Both the position numbers and the translations under genes were made by a program. Shown here piece by piece: positions 13,161 through 25,328 of a stretch of 64,000 nt of DNA. Under the pieces are notes generated by a model. It did not search any database. It was not told the DNA's origin and saw only the letters and a list, made by a program, of their open reading frames with translations. Numbering within the stretch: position 1 is the first letter of the stretch; each line of letters starts with the position of its first letter. This DNA is from Azolla caroliniana. Lineage: Eukaryota; Plantae; Polypodiophyta. The stretch spans positions 1 to 64,000 of the forward strand of contig JBHGNT010000119.1 in the NCBI GenBank assembly GCA_043228905.1. Reading direction: 5' to 3'.

Positions 13161-16100
13161 TACATAGGGCAATGTCTGTTGAAGATAATAAACAACCACA
13201 CTTGAGGATGAACCTTAAGCGAGCACCCATGTATTCCAAGATGGTTGAGGATATGTTACAAATGACAAAGATTCAACATGGTGCCACACTAGAATGCAAA
13301 TGGGAAGCTTTCAAGAAAGTCATTCTCTCCTATACAAACAAATGTTTTTCGACCAACCACACATCTTGGAAATGCACCAGGAAACTTAGGAAAAAATGGT
13401 TTGATAAAGAATGTCGTGAAGCTCGAAAGTGCCTTATGGTTTTGGATGTAGTTAAGGATAAAGAGAATTACCAAAAGCATTTGCATGAGTATAAAAGGCT
13501 TATTCAAAGAAAGAGAAGAATATGGGAAGTTACTCAACAATTTATCCAAACGCAAGAGAAAGCACATGCATGTGCTAAATTTTGGGGAAATCTAAAGGGG
13601 AAATGTGTTGAGAGTTATGGCGACTTAACTCTTCACGACTTGTCTATGCATTGTAAGAATTTATATGAGTTATCTCTTACCGGAAAGATGATGTGTTATG
13701 GTTCTCTTTCACATATGCCTCCCTTCTTTACAATTGAAGATATATGCATAGGACTTAAGAAATTGGCCTCTCGAAAGGCAAGCGATCTTCAATGTATAAA
13801 GGCTGAAATGCTCAAATGGACGGGAAAGGAAGCACATATATGGATAAACGATATGTTTAATGATGCATTGCAACATGGTATGCCGTACGATTGGACTACA
13901 AATTGGATCAAACCTTTACATAAAGGTGGAGATATAAATAATGTAAACAACTATCTAACCATCATGGTTGGTTCATTAATGGCAAAACTATTTGGATGTA
14001 TAATGGAATCAAACATAAGTGTATGGGTTGAAAAAAATGGTAAGAGAGCTTATGGACAAGCTGGCTTTCGGAAACACCATAGCACCATTGATCACCTTAT
14101 CACCCTTCGAGTATTAATGGAGGAAAGTTGCCTTAGAGGTAAAGGTTTATATTGTTGCTTTGTAGAATTCAAGAAAGCTTTTGATATGGTACCTCGTGAA
14201 CATCTTTGGAGGCGAATGGAAGAACGTAAGGTGCCAAGTGAATATATGCTTGCAATTTCTCGAATTTATGAGAAGTTTATATGTTATGTGCGCATGAGAG
14301 ATAAACTTTCAGATTTTTTCAAAAACACTATTGGTGTTGAGCAAGGACGCCCACTCTCACCAACACTATTTGGTCTATGCATTGATGAATTGGAAGAAAT
14401 GGTTACCAAGTTTGCAAAGGAAGAATGTGTTGAAGAAGTTGCCATTGGGAATGTTGTGATTATGCTTTTGCTATATGCAGATGATGTAGTGCTTTTTGCA
14501 AATACTTTAGGAGATGCACAAAAGCTTATGAAGGCATTGGAAGAATTTTGCATGCATACTAAATTAAGTGTCAATAGCTCTAAAACAAAGATTATGCTTG
14601 TGAAGAGCCAAAAAAGAGATAAACCATGCATTATGTACAACAATGAGCCACTTGAATTTGTGGAAAGCTTCAAATATCTTGGCCTTGAAGTTCCTTCAAA
14701 TCATAGATGGAATGAATGTGCTACATGCCGCTCAGAGGCAGGTAAGCGAGCATACTATGCATTTGAGAACACATGCAATCTTGGAGATATTAAGTGTTGG
14801 GTCCTCAAGAAATATCTTTTCGACACTTTGGTGACACCGGTTCTTCTCTATGGGGTGGAATTATGGGGAGGTAGCATCCCTAAATCTATGTGGAAAGAGT
14901 TTGAAAATGTCCAAAAACATTTTCTTACAAAGTTTCTATAAGTTAAGAAACAAATGCCCTACACCCTCCTCATTGAGACGGGATCGCTTCCCATTGAGAT
15001 CATGGCCATGGAAAGGGTTGTTGAATACATGCTTAAGGTTCAAAAAAGTCCCTCACACCGACTTCCTAGAATTGCATGGGAAGCAAGTAAAAAGATCCAA
15101 AAGACGCATAAAAGCAAAATTTTGTGTTCCGGTTGGATGCAAGATATAGAAAAATGGTTTGGTAGATGGGATGCGAGACACTTGCTTCATGATGCATCAT
15201 TAGATTCCTCTGTAAATGAGGCCTTCTTGCAATGCCAATGTATCATGACATGGGACAAATGTGGAGGCTCACGTTTCACACATTATACTACACATGTTGC
15301 ACCTAACTACCAAACCATATTCTTTGCGGAACGGGGAAATCGTACACATCGATACATGTTAGAGCCCATACCGTTATCTGCCATTCGAACCATTGCTTCC
15401 ATGCGACTTAGCTCACATGCATTGCGATGTGAAACAAGACATTGGGGCACAAGTGATGAGAGTGGTCAGCTATGCACACTTTGCCCTAAACAAGTTTGCG
15501 AGTCTGAGTATCACACTTTGATACAATGCTCTACCTTTGATCATATTCGACCATGCTTTCCACATCTCTTCGACCGAGCCCAATCTTTGCATGAATTCCT
15601 CTCACAACCACAATGTGCACTCTCGATTTCAAAACTAATTGGTAAAGTTCTTAAACATCGAGAGTCACTACTCACTTTCACATGTATCACGTGAAATGTA
15701 ATATTTTTGGTCTCATAGGTCAATCTTTGCATGAATTCCTCTCACAACCACAATGTGCACTCTCGATTGCAAAACTAATTGGTAAAGTTCTTAAACATCG
15801 AGAATCACTACTCACTTTCACATGTATCACGTGAAATGTAATATTTTTGGTCTCATAGGTCAATCTTTGCATGAATTCCTCTCACAACCACAATGTGCAC
15901 TCTCGATTGCAAAACTAATTGGTAAAGTTCTTAAACATCGAGAGTCACTACTCACTTTCACATGTATCACGTGAAATGTAATATTTTTGGTCTCATAGGT
16001 CAATCTTTGCATGAATTCCTCTCACAACCACAATGTGCACTCTCGATTGCAAAACTAATTGGTAAAGTTCTTAAACATCGAGAGTCACTACTCACTTTCA

Positions 16101-16451
16101 CATGTATCACGTGAAATGTAATATTTTTGGTCTCATAGGTCAATCTTTGCATGAATTCCTCTCACAACCACAATGTGCACTCTCGATTGCAAAACTAATT
16201 GGTAAAGTTCTTAAACATCGAGAGTCACTACTCACTTTCACATGTATCACGTGAAATGTAATATTTTTGGTCTCATAGGTCAATCTTTGCATGAATTCCT
16301 CTCACAACCACAATGTGCACTCTCGATTGCAAAACTAATTGGTAAAGTTCTTAAACATCGAGAGTCACTACTCACTTTCACATGTATCACGTGAAATGTA
16401 ATATTTTTTGGTCTCATAAGTCATATTTGACCTCCGAAGACGATAATATAA

Positions 16452-16476
<25 letters not shown>
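13160..16476 (+). mobile_element. 5'-truncated non-LTR retrotransposon (RTE/RTEX-like LINE): RT ORF ~13160-15694 with an in-frame stop at 14939-14941, C-terminal Cys/His finger, (TC)n tail
   Basis: WFDKEC, QAGFRKHHSTIDHL, KAFDMV, QGRPLSPTLF, LYADDVVL, FKYLG; RLSSHALRCET...CTLC..ESEYH...C; no endonuclease domain visible; ends in a microsatellite at 16452-16476. Confidence 0.9.
15581..16421 (+). repeat. Tandem array of 6 near-identical 140-bp units derived from the LINE 3' end
   Basis: caatctttgcatgaattcc starts at 15581, 15721, 15861, 16001, 16141 and 16281. Confidence 0.97.
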
Positions 16477-16493
<17 letters not shown>

Positions 16494-18158
16494 TGTGTCT
16501 TTCGCATACGCTTCCGCACACATATTCTTTTACATGGTATTAGACCGCGACGGTTGAGACTCCTCTGCAACCGATAGAAAAGCTTGCGATAAAGACAGAG
16601 TTAAGTTATTGTTTTCAGAAAGGATAAGACAACAATATGGACAGAGGAATGGGAAGCTTGCTACCGACTGAGAAGCCCGACAAGAGAAACTACGCATGTT
16701 GGTTGTACAAGATGCACCAATAGCTGCTTGGTCATGGTTACTAGAGTTATGTTAAAGGAGCTAATGATATAGCGCACGAATCGACACATAGAGATTTTTC
16801 GGCTTGGGAACAAGTGGCAAGTAAAGTTCTTTACTACTTCGTGTCATGTGTGAGCAACCAACTCTTGAGCTACATTCGGGATGCTACGAAGCCAAAGGAC
16901 ACGTGGGTGAATCTCAAGAGGATTTTCGCTGCTAGCACAACGGCTAGGAAGCTGCAGCTCAGATAGGAGCTCAGCAATGTCGGACAGAAAGATCTGTTTG
17001 TGGCCGATTACATGGCCTGAATCAAGGAGAACTGCGACTCTCTCGCCTCAATCAACGTGAACGTCGAGGAGGACGAAATGGTGCAGTTTTGTCTTGGACG
17101 GTTAGCGTCAAAGTTCGGAGCATTCCGAACGGCAGTCTGGAGAAGTGAGAATACGCCTTTGTTCTTCGAGCTTCAACTGATGTTACTCATGGAGAAAAAT
17201 CACGCGGGTGCGTCGACGAGTACACATGCCGATGGCAGGATGTTGTACACGGAGGAAGATAGGGTCCATTGTCATGTCGGACGAGGCGGATCAGCGTGCA
17301 ATGGAGGCAGCCGAAAGGAGCAGAACCTGTGGCATAATCGAAAGGCTGAAAGCAATTCTAAACCCTCCAGAATTAGGGGAAGTCATAGCGGCGCCGGATG
17401 CCGGCAAGAGAAGGCTGCGACGGATTGCTGGTACTATGGCAAGAAAGACCACACACAGAGCGAGTGCTAGAAAAGAAGAGTTGATTCGGAGAAAGACGGA
17501 TCGAATGGAAGAGACACGGGAAGGCGTCAGAAATCGCACTACGCTGAGGGCCCCGAGCAATCCGAAAATGGATCGGGCCCAACCTTCGTAATGAAGTACA
17601 AGGCCAATTTGATGGCCGTGAACACCTTGAAATCGAGGGAGATGTGGTATGTTAATTCCGGAGCATCAAATCATATGGCGAGTCATGAGGAATGGTTCTT
17701 GTACTTGGAGAAACCAGAAAAACAAGGAGTGATCGAAGTGCGAGACGACACTCCGCATACCATCGAAATATGTCAACAAAGTTCCCCTCAGCCACGTCGG
17801 GCAGAAAGGGAAACTGATGAACGTGTTGAACGTGTTGGTCGGACAGATCATCGACCATGGGATGCAAGTTCGATTCATGCACCTCGGGTGCTACATCGAA
17901 GAGGAAGGCCAAGTCATCACGAAGGGTGCTGTGAAGGGAGGATGTTCATCCTCAACACCAACCAAGCCGGAACCATGCTGTTCGCGAAAGGACAGAAGGT
18001 TGAATCGGATATTGACCTATGGCACAAGCGGTTCAACCATGTTAACTTCCCACGGCTTCGTGAAATGCAGACAAAGAACATTGTTTTTGGTTTGCCGAAA
18101 TTTCGTGACCGGGATGGCCAAGTCTACGAAACTTGCCAACTCAGGAAGCAACACCGAC

Positions 18159-21100
18159 TGTCATGATATGGCAAGACTCGAACCCATAACCTTATGGTAT
18201 ATGGGTCGAGCTCTTAACCATCACACCATCTATTGTAATTCATAAGATATTATTTTCATTTATGTTTTATTATAAGAAAGTAATGTATATTCCAAATTTC
18301 TTTGGAACATTCTAGAAGTTTCAGGATTACTCCTGACAACACTATAAAAGAAGTCACTAGGCATTATGTTGAACCAAATTGGTTCAACACCAGTCTTAAG
18401 CCTCTTAGCCGATTTGTACTTATCTTTCATATAATATAAGAGCTGCTGTCATCATCCTTCTCTCTTTCTCATTCTCGCTATCTCGCTATCTCTCTTTCTC
18501 TCTCTCTCGGGAGTCTTACGCAATCCCGTCCTCTTAGTACTAATAGTACTGCTCTTCTTTAGTACTAATTCCATCTCTGCTTTAGTACTATTCCTGACAG
18601 TTTGAACCAATTTTGGCGGTCCTACAACCTACTTGTCGTTCTCCCTCATCCTCCTACCCTTTTCCCTATACTATGGCTACTGTTAGCGCCCAAGAATATC
18701 AATCCGTTTTCTCCGAGCTATAGTGCTTAAAAGAAAATTTTGTTGCCTTGGAACAAGAAAACCAACGGCTGATAGGGGATCTGCAACAAATCGCTCTAGA
18801 AAAACAACAAACGCAGCAACAGCATGGGGAGTTAGCATTACGGGTGCAACAACTCGAAGCGGCATTGCAACAACAAGGATCAAGTCCCCAAGGATTTCAT
18901 CAAGAGCCGAAGATTGGACTTCCTGTGAAATTTGATGGAATGCGATCGCAATTCAGGGGATTCCTTAATCAGGTACGATTAGTCCTCCAAATGCATCCTT
19001 CCCGATATCCCACTGATGCATCCCGAGTCGGCTTAATAGGCATGTTGCTTAGCGGCTCAGCCTTAGCATGGTTCGCTCCGCTTCTAGAAAAACAATCGCC
19101 CTTGCTTAATAACTTTGAAGATTTTATTAGTGAGTTTAAAGCCTGCTTTGGAGACACCGACAGTATCAGGACGACGATCAACAAGATCCGGCGATTGCGT
19201 CAAGGCGATCGTCCAGCCTCTGCCTACGTTGCGGATTTCTGCCTACTCGCTTCAGATATACCCTGGGATGATCAAGCACTAATGGAGCAGTTTCGCTATG
19301 GCCTGCGAAACGATGTCAAAGATCTACTTCTAACTTTCCCCGAAGAACCAAAGTCTCTTACGGAGGCAATCAGTCATGCAGTCCGATGTGACAACCACCT
19401 TTTCGAACGATGTTCGGAACGTCAATTATAGATACCACGCTCTAGGCCAGAGCCCACTTACACCGCAGTCGCAGCTAAATCGTTTGCACGAGACATACCT
19501 CAAGCAAATACTTCGACACCGATGGAGATCAATACCATGCGTCGACGCGGCTCGTTATCGGAAGAAGAAAAGCAACGACGACGTGCCAATCGATTATGTC
19601 TTTATTGCGGTGGACCAGGGCATATTGCCATCAATTGTCCCCATAGGCCAAGAAGACAGGTAAATCAAATTGTTGCCTGTACTAAACCCGAGTCAATTCT
19701 TCCCTTCGGAGTGTCTGATAGTATTAATAGTACTAATAGAGTGTCAGATAGTATTCATAGTACTAATAGCCCAAGTATCTCAAACAAATTTGAAATCCTT
19801 AGTCAATTAGATGAAGAGTTAAACGATTGAGTCCAGCCAAAATAGGAGCCGTTTGGTTGGACAACAACCCTAGATCTGTACAGCCCATTAGTGGTTCCAT
19901 TCCTTCCAAGCAAGTTAGCAATGTATTCCTAGCCCAAGTCATTGTTAGTACTAAAAGTACTCTCCCAGTACCCGTCCTAACACTTTTAGATTCCGGAGCT
20001 AATTCCTGTTTCATGGATCGAAATTTTGCCCAAGCTTCTCAGATATCCCTAAGAAAACTTCCTTGTCCCGCATTTGTAGTAGTCATTGATGGTCGTCCCA
20101 TTGCTTCCGGGAATATTGTAGAAGAATCAGAACCCATTCAAGTTGTCCTAGGTAGTTTTGTGTGTGTAATATCATTTAATATAATTAGTAGTCTAGAGCA
20201 TCCCATTGTCCTAGGATTACCTTGGTTTGAATTACATAATCCAGCCATAGATTGGAGAACAAGAGAAGTCCGATATCGACCATCCCAAGAATCTACTCAC
20301 CGAATTTCGACCATTTCACTCCATCAATTACGCGAAGAAGGACACAAGGAGGCAATGTTCCTATTTGCAATATCAGTACATCCTTCCAGCACTATTAAGG
20401 ACTCCTTAGTACAACTTCCGACAAAATATCATCCTTATGTCGATGTATTTGACAAGGTAAAAGCCGGTACCCTTCCTCATCACCGTCCCTATGACTGTCC
20501 CATCGATTTACAACCAGGAACCGAGCCACTATGGGGACCAATTTACAACTTGTCACCCACTGAGTTAGAAGTCCTTCGAGCCTACATAGAGGAGAACTTG
20601 GCAAGCGGGTTCATCTATCATTCGAAATCTCCGGCCGGTGCACCCATCTTCTTTGTCAAGAAGAAAGATGGCTCACTTCGTCTCGTCGTTGACTACGGCG
20701 GATTGAATAAGGTCACCATCCGGAATAGGTATGCACTTCCTCTTATATCAAGTCTTTTAGAGCGAGTTAATGGTGCCAAGTTTTTTACCAAAATCGATCT
20801 ATGAGGAGCGTATAACCTCGTGCGGATCCGACCGGGAGATGAATGGAAGACCGCCTTTCGCACGCGGTATGGGCATTTCGAGTATACTGTTATGCCGTTC
20901 GGCTTAACCAATGCACCCGCAGTCTTCCAACACATGGCAAATGATATATTCAGAGACCTCTTGGATATCTGTTTGATCATCTATCTGGATGATCTATTGA
21001 TTTATTCGAAGACCCAGCAAGAGCACGATTCTTATGTACTATTAGTACTAAAGCGACTCCGCGAGAATGGTCTTTATGCCAAGCTAGAAAAATGTAGCTT

Positions 21101-23860
21101 TGACTGCAAGCAAGTGGAATTTCTAGGCTACGTCATCTCCTCAAAGGGCATCGCCATGGATCCAGCTAAAGTCCAAACTGTACTAGAGTGGCACATTCCA
21201 CGGTCGGTATGAGATGTACAATGTTTTCTAGGTTTTGCTAACTTCTACCGTAAGTTTATACAGGATTATTCAAAGATTAATTTACCCTTAACACAACTTA
21301 CGAAGAAGGGCCAGGGCCAAGCATTTCTTTGGTCCATCGAAGCAGATATGGCTTTTCGGCATCTTAAGAAAGCCTTTACATCAGCACCGATTCTAGCTCA
21401 TGTGGATACCAGCAAACCATTCATCATGGAGGCCGATGCTTCAGATTTCGCCCTCGGTAGCATCCTTTCTCAACAAGGAGATAAAGAAGAGTTGCATCCG
21501 GTGGCTTTCCATTCACGCAAATTCTATGTCGCGGAAATCAACTACGAAATACATGACAAGGAGTTATTAGCCATCGTGGATTCATTTGTGCAATGGCGGC
21601 ATTTCTTAGAGGGCTCTCCACATCAGGTCATTGTCTTTAGAGATCATAAAATTCTTGCTTATTTCCAGAACGCTCGCGTACTAAATCGACGGCAAGCTCG
21701 GTGGGCGCAATTCCTCACGCATTTCGACTTCAAAATCACATATCGACCGGGGAAGCAGCAAGGAAAAGCAGATGCACTATCACAACGTTCATATCTTGCA
21801 CCTCGTCCTGGTGATCCAACATTTGATAATTAAAAGCAAGTAATCTTGGGACCAACACGATTGCACACGACGCGGATTTTTCACACCCCGATGGATTCAC
21901 GGATTACCGATGACATACGTGCAAACTTGAAGACGGATAGTTTTGCTCAAGACATCTTGGCACACATTGATACTTCTCGGGCATCCTGTTCTCAGTCTCA
22001 ACAACCAAGTATTGACTACCGACAATTCGAATATCATGATAGTTTGTTATTCTTTAAAAAGCGCGTATATGTCCCCGATTGCTCCTGTTGCCTTCAAATC
22101 GTCCAACATTGTCACGACACCCATACGGCGGGACATTTCGGTAGTACTAAGACGTTGGAGCTAGTGCAGTGATCTTTTTGGTGGCCCCACATGCGCCGTT
22201 TTGTCGATGACTACGTTCGGACCTGTGATGCTTGCTGCCGAGCAAAGATGCCACAACACCATCCATATGGCTTGTTGGAACCCTTACCGATTCCAAGTAA
22301 GCCGTGGCAGTCTATTTGTCTTGATTTTATCACAGATCTGCCGGTCTCGCAGGGGTTCGATGCTATCTTAATCGTCGTCGATCGATATACGAAGATGGCA
22401 CATTTTGTTCCGTGTACTAAGGCCATCACTAGCAAGGAAACCGCCGCCCTAGTCATGCGTGAGGTATTTCGGCATCATGGCCTCCCAGACAGTATCATCA
22501 GTGACCGAGGACCGCAATTTGTCTCCAAATTTTGGCAGCATCTCTTCAAGATGCTCAAGGTCTCTTGCAACCTCTCCTCCGGCTACCATCCTCAGATCGA
22601 TGGGCAGGCGGAACGAACAAACCAAACGCTGGAGCAATATCTCAGGTGTTTCCTGAGTTATCAACAGGACGATTGGGCCGAGATTCTCCACTTTGCGGAG
22701 TTTGCATATAATAATGTTGTTCACTCCTCGACTCGAGTCTCCCCATTCTACGCTTATACCGGTTCTCATCCTCGCTGGTCGGTGATTGACACCCCGGAGT
22801 TACCTACCAATCTTGGTGCCGGGGATCATTTGGAGAGACTACGCAAGATCCAGACAGATCTCTCGACTCATCTTCGTCATGCTCAACAGACACAGAAGAC
22901 TTACGTGGATCTTCATCGGCTTCCCTCCTCTTTTGCCATCGGAGATCGAGTATGGCTCTTATGTCGTCACATCAAGACTACTCGACCGTGCGACAAGTTG
23001 GATTATCGACGACTCGGTCCTTTCTGTATTACGGGTAAGGTTAATGATGTCACATTTCGCCTCGATCTCCCTCTGCAGCTTCAGATACATCCGGTTTTCC
23101 ATTGTTCTCTTCTTGTACCTTATAAAGCAAACACCATTCCCGATCATGTTACACCACCGCTGCCCCCGCTAGAGTTGGACGCCGGCCCGGAGTATGAAGT
23201 TGCTGCCATCCTCGATTCCAAACTTATTCACAACAAACTTTATTATTTGGTCGATTGGCTTGGTTATAGTTCGCGCGAACGCACTTGGGAACCCATCGAG
23301 CATGTTGCCAATGCTCAGGATCTGCTTGCTGATTTCCACCGAAAGTATCCGGACAAACCCGGTCCGCAATCAGCGCCGACTCGTTCCACTCGTCGTCTTT
23401 AAGGGGGAGATAGTGTCATGATATGGCAAGACTCGAACCCATAACCTTATGGTATATGGGTCGAGCTTTTAACCATCACACCATCTATTGTAATTCATAG
23501 GATATTATTTTCATTTATGATTTATTATAAGAAAGTAATGTATATTCCAGATTTCTTTGGAACATTCTAGAAGTTTCAGGATTACTCCTGACAACACTAT
23601 AAAAGAAGGCACTAGGCATTATGTTGAACCAAATTGGTTCAACACCAGTCTTAAGCCTCTTAGCCGATTTGTACTTATCTTTCATATAATATAAGAGCTG
23701 CTGTCATCATCCTTCTCTCTTTCTCATTCTTGCTATCTCTCTTTTCGCTTCTCTCTTTCTCTCTCTCTCGGGAGTCTTACGCAATCCCGTCCTCTTAGTA
23801 CTAATAGTACTGCTCTTCTTTAGTACTAATTCCATCTCTGCTTTAGTACTATTCCTGACA
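18159..23860 (+). mobile_element. Full-length Ty3/gypsy chromovirus (Tcn1-like). LTRs 18159-18599 and 23414-23860, TSD CCGAC, gag 18673-19830, pol (PR-RT-RH-IN-chromodomain) ~19818-23402 with several premature stops
   Basis: ccgac at 18154-18158 and 23861-23865; PPT aagggggagatag 23401-23413; [14 protein letters not shown]; LLDSGANS; YLDDLLI; EYEVAAILDS..YLVDWLGY..TWEP; LTRs differ by about 6 substitutions plus a microsatellite indel. Confidence 0.97.
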
Positions 23861-25328
23861 CCGACTTCCATTCCCCAATGAGCGTAATTGTAGTTGAAAT
23901 CCGTTGGATTTGATCCATTTGGATGTGTGGGGATCAACACTGAACGTCAGTCTTGGTGGACGCTGTTACTTCGTAACCTTCATTGCTGACTTCACTCGGC
24001 ATACCTGGGCGTGCTTGATTGTGAAAAAGAGCGAAGTCTTCGCGTGGTTCCTGAAGGTGAAGAGCCTTGCAGAAAGGGCAACTAGGCATAAGATCAAGTG
24101 CCTACGGTCCGATGGCTGGAAGGAGTACTTCTCCGACCAGTTCATGAGTTATCTACAGAAGGAGGGAATTCGACGCGATTTCTTGTGAAGATATACGTCA
24201 GAGCATAACGGCGTAGCCGAGCAGAAGAATCCGACAATCGAAGAAGCCGCCAGGGCAATGCTTGAAGAGAAGCATATGCCGAAGTTTCACTGGGCTGAAG
24301 CCGTAAGGACGACTGTTTACTTCCAGAATCGGACTTTTGCTAATGGAGGAGTGTCACCACATGAGTTATATTACAGGAAGAAGCTAACCTTGGCACACCT
24401 GAGGATTTTTGGTAGCATTGTGTATGTGCATGTGCCGAAAGAAAAGAGGAGGAACTTAGACGCCAAAGCCGAGAAGTGTATCTTGGTCGGCTATTCAGAC
24501 AAGCAGAAGGGGTATAAGTGCTATAACCCCCGAACAAAGGATGTTCGCGTAAGCCAACATGTCGTGTTTGACGAGTTCGGTTCGTGGTACTTGCCTTCAC
24601 CTCCAATACCTCATGACTCCATTCTGAATTCTGAAGAAGAGGTTAGCGAGGTCGAGCTGCCTCTGCGTGATGAGGAAATCGGAGCTCTAATAGAGAGTCC
24701 GATCTAATTTCGGCCAAGTGGGCCAAATGAGGGGTTGGGTTGAGATGGCTAACCAAATGAAGAGTCGGCGAGTAGTGGAGACTCGGTTGTGTTGTCCCCA
24801 CGTAAAGAACGAAGGAGACAGTTTACCTGTAAAGAAAAAGGAAGAAGAAAATGTCGGAATACGATTTTGGTAGTGCAGAGTCAGATCTGAGCGAATCTAA
24901 CTTCAGGCCAATCGAGAAGGAATCTCCGCGGAAGTGGTCGAAATCAGCCGGAAAGGTCGTGAAATCGGGTAATCACGAATTACGTCGATCTACCCACCTA
25001 AAGAACCCCGTAAAAAGATATGGATACAATGAATACATGGCTCACCATTACGCGTACAAGACATAAGTGGCGGAAGTGCATGAGCCGGAGAGCTACGCAG
25101 AAGCGGTGAAAGACGCGAATTGGCGTGCCCCGATGAAGGAAGAGATGTGCACTTTATCGAACAACGAGACTTGGGACCTGGTTGACGCACCTAAAAGTGT
25201 AAAGCCGATCGGATGTAGATGGGTGCTTAAGGTGAAATACAACACCGACAACTCGGTCAACCAATATAAGGCCCGCTTGGTTGCAAAAGGCTACGTGCAG
25301 AAACACGATGTAGATTACGACGAGACGT

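Noticed and set aside
13142-13199. Apparent overlap of the LINE ORF start and the chromovirus RT ORF start
   Set aside because: Both ORF calls run across a rearrangement junction; neither start is native
15581-16421. Regular array resembling CRISPR
   Set aside because: Units are contiguous and identical with no unique spacers, there are no cas genes, and the unit is the LINE 3' end
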